A stretch of 28,267 nt of DNA, from positions 1-28,267 of the IMG/VR virus record IMGVR_UViG_3300020045_008361. One strand, written 5' to 3'. The translations under genes and the position numbers were made by a program. The notes under the pieces were generated by a model that searched no databases, was not told the origin of the DNA, and saw nothing but the letters and a program-made list of their open reading frames with translations. How positions within the stretch are numbered: position 1 is the stretch's first letter; each line of letters starts with the position of its first letter. This document shows positions 6,498-15,549 of this stretch, one piece after another. The DNA comes from a virus (taxonomy: Duplodnaviria; Caudoviricetes).

Positions 6498-7268
6498 CTA
6501 TCTTGTTGATTTTAGAACTTTATTAAATTGGTATTCACTATTTTTTAAATAAAAACCTTCAATTTGTTTTGAGGTTTTAATTGCTGCCTCTTGGTTGAAA
6601 TGTGTTGCTTTGGCTTTTGCTTCTTTTTTCTTTCGGCTTCGCATCAAAAAATCTACTTTAAAATCTCTTTTTCCAGTAGCCATATTAAAAACGCTTTTAA
6701 CCTCAACCACATATCCAATTCCTGATTTTGCTCTAATAAAAACTGGCTTTCCTTCTTGCCAACCTGCCATCATAGCCATTACAGTTGATTGACCTTTGTT
6801 TTTTGGATTCCTGATAGATTTTTGATGTCCTTGTGCTAATTTTTTTCTATCATACCGCTTTTCCATCTTTACCCTTCTTTTAAGACTATTTTGTCCCCTA
6901 GCCTTTCCAAGATACATTGCCCCTGTCTTATCAGTTCCCCCAACCTCATTTGATTCCATTCCTTCAATAGCTTTTTTTCCTTTGATTGGATTTGGGTCAG
7001 TATTTATAAAACCCACCTGACTATACATTGAATTTACATTGAATCCTTTGGCTTTTTCAACTCCCGTAAACTTCCTGAAAAATGACGGATTCCTAACCTT
7101 CATATTGTGCTTAGCTGAACCCAAAATCTCTTTTTGTTTCATTGCGAAACTGGCATCATTAAGAGAACTCCTCACAGCGGAAGGAAAAGCACTTTTATTA
7201 AGCCTTTCCAATTTTGCTGTTAAGATGATTGCAGCATCAGTATTTACATTGAATGAAACATTTGCCAT
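6498..7268 (-). CDS. basic virion morphogenesis / tail-completion protein (lambda gpZ, Mu gpG/P2 gpS-like)
   Basis: Very basic; N-terminal helix pattern LERL...SAVRSSLNDASF typical of this neck/tail-completion class. Confidence 0.5.
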   Translation of the reverse strand: MANVSFNVNTDAAIILTAKLERLNKSAFPSAVRSSLNDASFAMKQKEILGSAKHNMKVRNPSFFRKFTGVEKAKGFNVNSMYSQVGFINTDPNPIKGKKAIEGMESNEVGGTDKTGAMYLGKARGQNSLKRRVKMEKRYDRKKLAQGHQKSIRNPKNKGQSTVMAMMAGWQEGKPVFIRAKSGIGYVVEVKSVFNMATGKRDFKVDFLMRSRKKKEAKAKATHFNQEAAIKTSKQIEGFYLKNSEYQFNKVLKSTR

Positions 7269-7277
7269 AATAAAAAA

Positions 7278-8435
7278 TTATAAACTCCAGGATTTGCCAA
7301 TTTCGCCAGAACTGAAATACGTTTTCCCGTTGAATCCGAATAGATTTCCATTTATACTACCATAATCACCTAAAACAGTTTTTGCTCCCGTGGTGAGGCT
7401 GTATGAACTTAAAACTCCTGTAACCAAAGTATAAAGCAATTCGTTTTTCACGACTGAATTTGATGTTTTTTCAAAAGTAACATCCAAGTTCAAACTTGAA
7501 GCTAAAGTCAAGGTTGCTGCTCCCACATTGTAAATCAATTTGGTAATAGAATAATCATTTGCGCTAGAGTTCATTGCATTTGTCACATAAACAGTCGCTT
7601 GTTTTGCGTAAACATAAGGAACAAAATTACTTGCGTTGGCAAATGAAGTTCCCACCAAAGCCACGGCAAAAGAAACGCTTAAATCTGTCAAGGCAAATTG
7701 TCTGAAAAAATAAGTGTTGGAAGCTGGAATCAAACAGAAACAAAGCACGTATCCGTTTGAAATCAAAATATCGTTTACAATAACAGTTCCGTTACTCACA
7801 TCAACTCGAATTATGCTTTCCAAATAATTTATACTTGGTGTATCGCTAATCATATTTCCTCCCGATTGGTAGTACATTTTATTGCTATCATTGAAGGCAA
7901 TTGGCAAACCCATAACCGTGAAAACATCATCTGTAACTGTTTCCAAAAAAGCCAATGAATATGCTCTGACTCCAGAAGTATCTATAATCAACAATAATTC
8001 GTCAGAAGCCTTGAAACCTGAACTTGAAAAAGGATATTCTGTTGCGCCCGAACCCTTGAACGTATAAGTGCCTCCATTGGAATAAGCATCGGTAGCTCTT
8101 GCAACAAAAAAATATTTATTTGGCAACAATTCTATTGGCAAAGGGATGCTCCAAACTGTTCCCGTCAATGTCAAAATTTGCTCAATGTCATTCAAGGTAT
8201 TTGGCAGTTTTTTCAATGCTTCCAAAATCTGATATTGTGAAGTGTCGCTATCTTGTGTACCCGTTGGAATTATTCCAACCACTTGTAGCAACTTATACAA
8301 ATTGGTCAATACATCCCCATAAATTTCCTCAACAACAGGAGTACCTTCCTCTGTATCGGTTTCATTTTTGATTGTAGAAAAAGGAAATTTGGCATCGTCA
8401 TTTTGCGGTACCACTAAATTTTTTATCGTTCTCAT
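7278..8435 (-). CDS. tail fibre / receptor-binding protein 2
   Basis: N-terminus GTPV...YGD...YQILEAL is paralogous to 8449..9513; beta-rich, possibly propeller-like C-terminus. Confidence 0.7.
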   Translation of the reverse strand: MRTIKNLVVPQNDDAKFPFSTIKNETDTEEGTPVVEEIYGDVLTNLYKLLQVVGIIPTGTQDSDTSQYQILEALKKLPNTLNDIEQILTLTGTVWSIPLPIELLPNKYFFVARATDAYSNGGTYTFKGSGATEYPFSSSGFKASDELLLIIDTSGVRAYSLAFLETVTDDVFTVMGLPIAFNDSNKMYYQSGGNMISDTPSINYLESIIRVDVSNGTVIVNDILISNGYVLCFCLIPASNTYFFRQFALTDLSVSFAVALVGTSFANASNFVPYVYAKQATVYVTNAMNSSANDYSITKLIYNVGAATLTLASSLNLDVTFEKTSNSVVKNELLYTLVTGVLSSYSLTTGAKTVLGDYGSINGNLFGFNGKTYFSSGEIGKSWSL

Positions 8436-8448
8436 TGATTATTTTTTT

Positions 8449-9513
8449 TTATAATTGAACTACTTCTATATGTACTTTTAATGATTGCGCTACCGATGCA
8501 ACTTCTCTAAATGCTATTTCAAATTGCGTATTACTTAAAGGTTTAAAAACAGGGCAACAAATATCATTGTCAGAGAACAAACTAGAAGATTGACCTTGAA
8601 CAAAAGCTCTACAATAGTAATTTGTTCCTGAACCTGTCATTGCGTTTGCCATAGTAACAGTAACCAGACTATCAGCTCCAGTTGATACCATAACAGCATA
8701 AGGAACTCCGGGTGTATTAAAATCCCCAGTACTGGGGATATTCCCTGAAGGTGCCCCTATATCTAAACTTATAGTTCCGTAATTTTTAAGAGGACTTGCC
8801 CCAATTCCTGCAACGATAGCAAAGTGTTCTTTTGGATATAATCCATTTCTCATTGCTGTGGCTAAATAATTTACTGAATCGGCACCAATAGTTCTCAAAG
8901 CATAAGTTACTTTATTTACCAATGGAGTTGTGGCAACAGTATCAATTGCACCTGCATTTTCTTCCGATTGTGATGCCTTTTTTAGAAAATTCATTTCGGT
9001 ACACATATCATCTAAACTATTCCAATCAGCTACTCTAACAATCGAAACTCCACCACTTGTTTTGATTACCCTAACATATTCGTTTGCTTTGAAATTGCCT
9101 GAATAAGTAACAGACATACTTACTGGGCCAGAACCTTTAATCAATGTTTCTGTTGTTTTATCAGTAGAAGCCAAACAAATCAAAAACTCATTGTCTTTCA
9201 TCAAAGACAATTTAATGTCTACGGAAAGCGTTGTTGTTCCATTTGTAGTCAAAGGATAAATATAATCATTCTTTGAAGCCAATGCCGACAAAGCCTGAAT
9301 TATTTGATATCCACTTGTTTCGTTATCTGGTAGTCCTGTTGGCGCAATATCATACAACCGCATTAGTTTTGATATGTTGGAATGAAGGTCGCCATATACT
9401 GAACGATTTACAGGTGTTCCATCTCCTGAACCTTGATTATCTTTTATCCTTCCATCGGGATAATTAGCTAAATCGCTGTTATCTACGTTAGCGTTATTTT
9501 TTAATGGTATCAT
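8449..9513 (-). CDS. tail fibre protein 1
   Basis: GTPV...YQIIQAL attachment-type N-terminus; KASQSEENAGAIDTVATTP fibre motif; downstream of the wedge genes. Confidence 0.8.
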   Translation of the reverse strand: MIPLKNNANVDNSDLANYPDGRIKDNQGSGDGTPVNRSVYGDLHSNISKLMRLYDIAPTGLPDNETSGYQIIQALSALASKNDYIYPLTTNGTTTLSVDIKLSLMKDNEFLICLASTDKTTETLIKGSGPVSMSVTYSGNFKANEYVRVIKTSGGVSIVRVADWNSLDDMCTEMNFLKKASQSEENAGAIDTVATTPLVNKVTYALRTIGADSVNYLATAMRNGLYPKEHFAIVAGIGASPLKNYGTISLDIGAPSGNIPSTGDFNTPGVPYAVMVSTGADSLVTVTMANAMTGSGTNYYCRAFVQGQSSSLFSDNDICCPVFKPLSNTQFEIAFREVASVAQSLKVHIEVVQL

Positions 9514-9523
9514 ATATTTTTAT

Positions 9524-10048
9524 TTAAAGTGTAATTTCTACATAGGTAACATAAACCTCTATACTTCCTGTTCCTCCTGTTGGATTTCCTGTATTAGCTT
9601 TTAACTTATAAAGATTATTTTTATCTCCTCCGCTTAAATTTTGAACGACATTTATTTCTGCTTGAAAATAACCTACAGGGTCATTTGTTAACGGATTAGG
9701 GTTTAAATTTCCACTCATAACTGCATTAAAATCATTTATAACAGAAAAAGATGGTGTCGCTAAAGTATATGCTGTTCCTGCATTTCTTTTGATATAAACA
9801 TTCGTAGGATATTTTACTTTTCCCGCTTCTGTTGAATCTAAAATAGTTATTGGAGTTGTAAATAATTGCAATATTTGAGATTCTGAAATTACCGTTTTTA
9901 CTATTCTTGTTTTAACTTCCTGATCCAAATAATTCATCATCAATTCCCTATTGGCTCCATCTTCGGTAGGAGTAATACTTTTGGCAGTTGTTTTTCCTGA
10001 TATTTTAGCAACAATATCGTCACTTACGTCTTGTCTTGTAATTGGCAT
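9524..10048 (-). CDS. putative structural baseplate/fibre-associated protein
   Basis: Between wedge and fibres; beta-sandwich-like composition. Confidence 0.6.
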   Translation of the reverse strand: MPITRQDVSDDIVAKISGKTTAKSITPTEDGANRELMMNYLDQEVKTRIVKTVISESQILQLFTTPITILDSTEAGKVKYPTNVYIKRNAGTAYTLATPSFSVINDFNAVMSGNLNPNPLTNDPVGYFQAEINVVQNLSGGDKNNLYKLKANTGNPTGGTGSIEVYVTYVEITL

Positions 10049-10060
10049 AATTATTATTTT

Positions 10061-10891
10061 TTAGTTATAAACGTCATTGTAAATGTCATTATGTATTCTT
10101 GGCGTAACATAATCGGTAAAATTAATAAAAGTAAAAGCAACTAAATGCGATGGCTTCAATTTTAAAACTAATTCCCTAAATTCTTCTTCTCTTTTTGGAG
10201 GAATGTTTGCCATATCTCCCAATATTTTACCTCCTATAAAGAAAGTCGCCCATAATTTACTGTCATCAACTGAATAAAGTTCGTTTGGCTTATAGGAGTT
10301 GGCTATAACTTGAGAACTCCCTCCTCCGTGTTGAACTCCTATTCCATGTTGTGTTGTTCCTCCGTGTTGAACCGTGGCAACTGCCATCGAAATTATATCT
10401 TGTGGTCTTTGAAATGGTCTTGTGTTTTCGTGAACATAAACATCAAATCCTGCTAATTGTAATTGATATTCAATATAGTTTTTATGTTGTCTGGCAGGAA
10501 CGTTGCGCCCCCTACTCATTCTTCTTAAAATAGCGTTTCTTCTGTCGGCTACACTTAACGAAAGGTCTGTTACTATTCCAAAACGATATTCCCACAAAGC
10601 ACAATCATCAATATTAAAATTTTCATTGTCGGGAAAAGTAGAATCTATTGTGGAATTTGCATCGTTTATCAATCGAATAAAACTCATATTGAAAGCAAGA
10701 TGAATCTTATTCATAATGCTATCTTTCAGCATATAAAACGCTCTACCCGTTGGATATAATTGCGAAGCCAAATCACTCATTATCGAAGATAAAGTCGCTT
10801 TGTTTCCTGTTGGGAATCTATGAGGCGTTTTGAATCCGTGAGGAGTTTTAAATCCGTGAACGGTACTTTTTTCTGTTACTTCATAAGCCAT
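10061..10891 (-). CDS. baseplate wedge protein (Mu gp48/YmfQ, P2 gpI-like)
   Basis: QLYPTGRAF...LWEYRFGI...DRRNAI...LKLKPSHL motifs; follows the gpJ-like gene. Confidence 0.8.
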   Translation of the reverse strand: MAYEVTEKSTVHGFKTPHGFKTPHRFPTGNKATLSSIMSDLASQLYPTGRAFYMLKDSIMNKIHLAFNMSFIRLINDANSTIDSTFPDNENFNIDDCALWEYRFGIVTDLSLSVADRRNAILRRMSRGRNVPARQHKNYIEYQLQLAGFDVYVHENTRPFQRPQDIISMAVATVQHGGTTQHGIGVQHGGGSSQVIANSYKPNELYSVDDSKLWATFFIGGKILGDMANIPPKREEEFRELVLKLKPSHLVAFTFINFTDYVTPRIHNDIYNDVYN

Positions 10892-10892
10892 A

Positions 10893-12077
10893 TTACACGA
10901 ATATTAAATTTCTTAAATAAGGAATATTTCCAAGAGTAAATTCATAAGATACAATCTCGTTTCCATCAACATACAAAGTCAAAACATTAAAGAAATTGCC
11001 ATTGGTCAAAGCATCTGTAACAATTCCTTGAACTTTTCCTGAATACAAAATATCGTTCTTGTTTCTTCTTAAATCGGCACCCGAAATAAAAGGTCTTACA
11101 TCATAAAGAAAGTCAACAATGCTACTTTCAATTGCATCACGTACTGATTGAGCATCATCTGATAATCCTGAAATTGTAACATCAACTGGGACAAGTGTTA
11201 TTGCAGAAACTTGAACATCGGCTTGCATTGGCCTTCTTCCTCGCTCATTTATTGGTTTGGTAATGTCAGGGTCTTGTTCAACAACATCTTCCACACCTCC
11301 AGCTCCATAAAGAAGCGCATTTGAAGGCGTTCCTTTTCCGTCTATACTATCTACCAAAGTTGCCTCCACATACAAATCAATGATACTTGCATCAATATCC
11401 CTAACGTAAGGATAAACTAATCTTACTCCCTGTGCATCGGTACACCATTGGCGATAATCGGCTCTCGAACCTCCTTGTGGTTCTAATTGAATTGCACTCA
11501 AAATAGCAGCTCGATATAATTCTGTGGTTTCTCCTGCTTTTGGCTGAACTAAAACTTCTACAACCGAAACCGTTTTATCAACTCCAATAACGGGTTCCGT
11601 AATCGTCAAATTATCGGCAACGTTCAAATTATATTCTACTCCTGCACCTATCGAACGAACTTCTATTTCATCATCCGTTCCTGTCAAAGTGTATTCCGAA
11701 TCTAAAATATAAACTTGACCAGGGTTTAGAGTTCCTTCATTTGATTTAAAGGTTAAATTTACTCTCAAAACAGAACCTGCAACACCCGTAACACCAACCT
11801 TAAACGAACCTACGGAATCAGGAAAAGGATTTCTATTCATATAAATAATTCCTTGTCGCTCCAATGTTCCTCCCTGATCAGCTGTCGTGGCTTTATCTGG
11901 AAACATATTATCTTGAATATCCTTCAAATATAAATATGCCAAATGGAATTGTGCTGACAACACCAAAGCAAAAGCATCAAGTGTTTTCTTCAAGTAGTCA
12001 CTAGCTAAATTTAATTTGCTTCTCAAATCACTTGAAATGTTGGAATAAATTTCTGTTATTTTAGGAATTGGCTTCAT
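10893..12077 (-). CDS. baseplate J-like protein (Mu gp47)
   Basis: FPDKA...GVEYN...ETTELYRAAIL...PQGGSRADYRQW signature. Confidence 0.9.
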   Translation of the reverse strand: MKPIPKITEIYSNISSDLRSKLNLASDYLKKTLDAFALVLSAQFHLAYLYLKDIQDNMFPDKATTADQGGTLERQGIIYMNRNPFPDSVGSFKVGVTGVAGSVLRVNLTFKSNEGTLNPGQVYILDSEYTLTGTDDEIEVRSIGAGVEYNLNVADNLTITEPVIGVDKTVSVVEVLVQPKAGETTELYRAAILSAIQLEPQGGSRADYRQWCTDAQGVRLVYPYVRDIDASIIDLYVEATLVDSIDGKGTPSNALLYGAGGVEDVVEQDPDITKPINERGRRPMQADVQVSAITLVPVDVTISGLSDDAQSVRDAIESSIVDFLYDVRPFISGADLRRNKNDILYSGKVQGIVTDALTNGNFFNVLTLYVDGNEIVSYEFTLGNIPYLRNLIFV

Positions 12078-12553
12078 ATTATTTTTTCAATTATTACTTC
12101 ATTTTTAGCATTATTGTAAACCATTTGTAAAACTTTGTCTTGTTGGTTTGTTTTCTCGCTAAAACTGACCGTGATTCTTATTTTGTTTGTACTCTCAATT
12201 GTGGCTTCCACTGATAAATTAATTACTCCTTTAAGGTATTCTAAATCATTCCTAGCTGCTTGCAAGATAGTCAACCTACCCGAACTATTCAATGTTGTAT
12301 TTTGAATTATTCTTTCGGTTTCTGAATTGAATTGTTTTGTTTTTGTGGTATTCCAAATCAATGAATTTCCCCAATAATCAAAACGCTCCTCACTTTCAAG
12401 GTAAGACTGCTTCGTGGATGCCTCAATATTGCCCCCAAACAACGCTAAATAGATTTGCTGGTATAATGATTCACCCATCAATAAATCGTCGTTTACAATG
12501 GCAAAATCGCCTCCGCTTCCTGTTTCAAATAAATGTATGTCGGTTGTGTTCAT
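12074..12553 (-). CDS. baseplate/sheath initiator (Mu gp46, gp25-like)
   Basis: DFAIVNDDL...IYLALFGG...YWGNSL pattern; ATGA overlap with the gpJ-like gene. Confidence 0.8.
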   Translation of the reverse strand: MNTTDIHLFETGSGGDFAIVNDDLLMGESLYQQIYLALFGGNIEASTKQSYLESEERFDYWGNSLIWNTTKTKQFNSETERIIQNTTLNSSGRLTILQAARNDLEYLKGVINLSVEATIESTNKIRITVSFSEKTNQQDKVLQMVYNNAKNEVIIEKII

Positions 12554-12555
12554 AG

Positions 12556-14457
12556 TTATTTACCTGTTTTAGTACTCGTTGTATGCACTGCTATTCCTTT
12601 GACTTGGCTATCATCAACTTCAAGTATTTTTCCTGGATCATTAACATTCAAATTTAGAGTTCCACCACCTCTATTTAAAGCATTCATAATTTCTTGCGTA
12701 TTTGCTTGATTTTTTCCAGCAAGATTTTTAGGTTTTGATGTTGAAGTATCTGTTAATGGCATTCCTCCAGAAACAGACATAACTCCATTTACATTCGATA
12801 ATTTTAATGGAGGAGCTTTTTTGGCTAACACGTCTCTAGCAGAAACCTCTTTGGCGTTTGTAATATCTCTTGTCTTTTTTTGAGCTATAAATGATTGCAA
12901 ATCTTTTCCGAATGATAGTTGATTAACTTTTGGATTATGCGTTTCCATTAATTGCTTTTGCTTTTGTAATTCCCTTGATTGAATTTTAGTTGAATTTACC
13001 CAAGCCATATTTGACTTATCAAGTCCTCCTATTTGTTTTGAAACCATTGATTCTGCTGCCTCTCCAGTATCCCAAAAAGCATAAACTAAAAGTCCTAACG
13101 CCCCTGCAATCAATAACAATGGCCAATAAGCAGCTAATGTAGCAGCGGCAACCGCCCACAATGAAGCAGCATAACCCGTATTAGTTAATGTAGCCCATAA
13201 AACTACAAATCTATGCACACTCATAATTGCTGTGAATGCCGACATAATCCCATTAATCAAAGAAACCACAACCACTATTGCTTTCCATCCTAAAAAAGCA
13301 ACTGCAACACTTGATATTAAATTAACCAAATTACGCATATTAGGAATCATCCAACTCATAATATCTTTTACAAATTCCAATCCTGAACCAGCATTTTCCC
13401 CCGTGACAACAGCGTTTGTGAATGCACTTTTCAAATCCATCCATCCTTTCGCAAAAGTGGCGTTATTTTTATCCGCTTTGGCTTGTGCAGTATTTTTATC
13501 TTCAATAAATTTTAAATATTTCTCAAACATATCAAAACTACCTAAAAAAGTAGCACCTGTTTCAAATCCTGTTTTTTTGAAAAACATACCCATCGCCTGT
13601 TTATTAGAAAGAAGTTTTTTTACTTCCCTTAATTTGTCTATAAACTTTGTCGTTGGATTAATAATTTTTTTAATATCAGCTCCAACCATTGCCAATGCTT
13701 TTTGCTTGTTTTTATCCATTCCTTGACCGGTATTCAAATCAATCATCAAGTTTCTAAAACCTCTACCTACACCTTGTTTACCCAATGTTTTAGTAGTGCT
13801 TTGAACTAATGCAATGGTTTCCTCCAAATCTGCACCAGCCATTCTAGCAGAAGCAGCAAATTGCCTAACTACATCAGCAGATTCAGATATTGTACTCGCT
13901 CCAATATCCTCTCCAGCAGACAACTTATTTACAACCCTACTAGCATCTTTATAGCTTAACTTAAATTGGTTTAATATGGATGTTAGATTGTCCGTTGATT
14001 CCTCAACACCCATTCTTGAAGCATCTGCCATTAAGATAGATTGTTTCGCAATTTCTCGTAAAGCAGTTGGGTTTTTTAAATACTCTGACATTTTTGAACC
14101 AATATTTTCAAATGATGCCGCAATATCAATAACTGACCGTTTAGATTCTTTTCCTAAACTTTCAATATCCTTATTCATTGACCCAACAACTGTTCCTGTA
14201 ACCGCACCCAAACTTGCAATCGCTTGTTCGTATGCAATTACATCTTCTCCTGCTTTATAAAATAACATTGTTCCACCAGCAATAGCAGCATATTTAGCCA
14301 TTCGGTTAATAGAAGTCATTTCATTATTTATCTGACTGTTTAACCTACTAACTCCAGCAGCAAAAGTCCTGGTGTTTCTAGTCATAGTATTTATAACAGC
14401 CGAGAACTTATCCTGTGCCGTAAAAATTGTTGGTACCCGCATCGTAGCCACTGCCAT
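12556..14457 (-). CDS. tape measure protein (TP901-family core), 633 aa
   Basis: Ala-rich helical protein (LTSILNQFKL...VVNKLSAG...GRGFRNLM) with a hydrophobic segment; follows the chaperone. Confidence 0.9.
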   Translation of the reverse strand: MAVATMRVPTIFTAQDKFSAVINTMTRNTRTFAAGVSRLNSQINNEMTSINRMAKYAAIAGGTMLFYKAGEDVIAYEQAIASLGAVTGTVVGSMNKDIESLGKESKRSVIDIAASFENIGSKMSEYLKNPTALREIAKQSILMADASRMGVEESTDNLTSILNQFKLSYKDASRVVNKLSAGEDIGASTISESADVVRQFAASARMAGADLEETIALVQSTTKTLGKQGVGRGFRNLMIDLNTGQGMDKNKQKALAMVGADIKKIINPTTKFIDKLREVKKLLSNKQAMGMFFKKTGFETGATFLGSFDMFEKYLKFIEDKNTAQAKADKNNATFAKGWMDLKSAFTNAVVTGENAGSGLEFVKDIMSWMIPNMRNLVNLISSVAVAFLGWKAIVVVVSLINGIMSAFTAIMSVHRFVVLWATLTNTGYAASLWAVAAATLAAYWPLLLIAGALGLLVYAFWDTGEAAESMVSKQIGGLDKSNMAWVNSTKIQSRELQKQKQLMETHNPKVNQLSFGKDLQSFIAQKKTRDITNAKEVSARDVLAKKAPPLKLSNVNGVMSVSGGMPLTDTSTSKPKNLAGKNQANTQEIMNALNRGGGTLNLNVNDPGKILEVDDSQVKGIAVHTTSTKTGK

Positions 14458-14473
14458 AACTTTTATTTTTTAG

Positions 14474-14512
14474 AAAAAAACCTCCAACATACTTACTGCT
14501 GTTGGAGGTTTT
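14474..14512 (-). terminator. intrinsic terminator-like hairpin between chaperone and tape measure genes
   Basis: AAAACCTCCAACA-N10-TGTTGGAGGTTTT with a T7 run on the minus strand. Confidence 0.75.
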
Positions 14513-14514
14513 AA

Positions 14515-14695
14515 TTATTTACTTTGTTTCATTTGTTTGTTGATTCTAACTAATTCATCATACCAGTATAGCAATCCATTGAAATCTATATCATCAACAT
14601 ACATCTTACTAATCGTTTTAGGAGTCCAATGGTGATAATCCACTAGGCTTTTAATAATGTTGTCTAATCCATCACACTCCCAGCCTATGAAAAAA
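14515..14695 (-). CDS. -1 frameshift extension of the tail assembly chaperone (gpGT / P2 E'-like)
   Basis: T6 run (14695-14690) just before the chaperone stop; the -1 frame has LVDYHHWTPKTISKM...LLYWYD, typical of such extensions. Confidence 0.75.
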
Positions 14696-15101
14696 CTGTT
14701 GAAACTTGTTGAATTACATCCCAATCATATCGGCTAAAATTATCCAACATTTCTAAGTCTTTGTCAATTATGAACGAAGTCATTTTCAATTGCAACATAA
14801 AAACTTCGGTTTGAGGATTCAATCCTTTTGCGATGTTGGCTAAAGTCAATGGCTTAATTCTTGTTCTAAAATTAATTTCAGAATGAAGAATGGAACCATC
14901 TTCTAATTTAATTGGGTCTTTCAATTTCAATGTTGGTAAATACCCTGCATCAAAAGATAAATAACCGTCCATAATAGCATCCAAAACATCAGGATAAGTT
15001 TCTTCCAATTTCTCTTTTGCAACAGGTTTTTTTACAAACTTGTTTACAAACTGTTCCAAATCATTCAACGCAACTTCCTTACTAATTACTGCTTTTTTCA
15101 T
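14685..15101 (-). CDS. tail assembly chaperone
   Basis: Between tube and tape measure; LKLKDPI...EINFRTR...LDNFSRYDW pattern. Confidence 0.8.
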   Translation of the reverse strand: MKKAVISKEVALNDLEQFVNKFVKKPVAKEKLEETYPDVLDAIMDGYLSFDAGYLPTLKLKDPIKLEDGSILHSEINFRTRIKPLTLANIAKGLNPQTEVFMLQLKMTSFIIDKDLEMLDNFSRYDWDVIQQVSTVFS

Positions 15102-15120
15102 TTCTACCTTATTTTAATTA

Positions 15121-15531
15121 TTATTTTACTGCTTGCAACACACCTGCACCGCTAATTTTCAAAGCGATTGTTCCTGCATTTGAATCCGCTTGAATATCAC
15201 CTACCGGACTTCCTTTTCCAACCCAAATAGCACCTGAAATATGATTGATTTGCCAAACACCTTCTGCTGGAGAACCTGCCATCAGGTTCAAGGTATCTTC
15301 TTCATTTCCACTCACAAAGTCTGCTGCAATCGGGCCATCCAACGACCATCTTGTAGCATTGATTTGTCGAATGTTTTGAAAGTCAGAAGTCAATTGACTG
15401 TTGTCGTCATTTGTTCTCCTGCCTCCTTTATCAATGTTAAAAGTTTCATTTGCTTTTGGAGAATATCGGTATGTTTTCCCGTTGTGGGTGACTGAAATCC
15501 CTGTAATATCTCCTGCTAAAAAATTTGCCAT
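15121..15531 (-). CDS. tail tube protein
   Basis: 136-aa beta-rich ORF directly after the sheath. Confidence 0.8.
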   Translation of the reverse strand: MANFLAGDITGISVTHNGKTYRYSPKANETFNIDKGGRRTNDDNSQLTSDFQNIRQINATRWSLDGPIAADFVSGNEEDTLNLMAGSPAEGVWQINHISGAIWVGKGSPVGDIQADSNAGTIALKISGAGVLQAVK

Positions 15532-15549
15532 AACTTTTACTTTTTAAAA

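Noticed and set aside
7278-9513. DGR or invertible fibre (shufflon) system
   Set aside because: No reverse transcriptase, template/variable repeat pair, invertase or inverted fibre segment is visible.
14515-14724. Independent 69-aa gene starting MGCNSTS
   Set aside because: The start lies inside the chaperone gene; it is better explained as the -1 frameshift extension.
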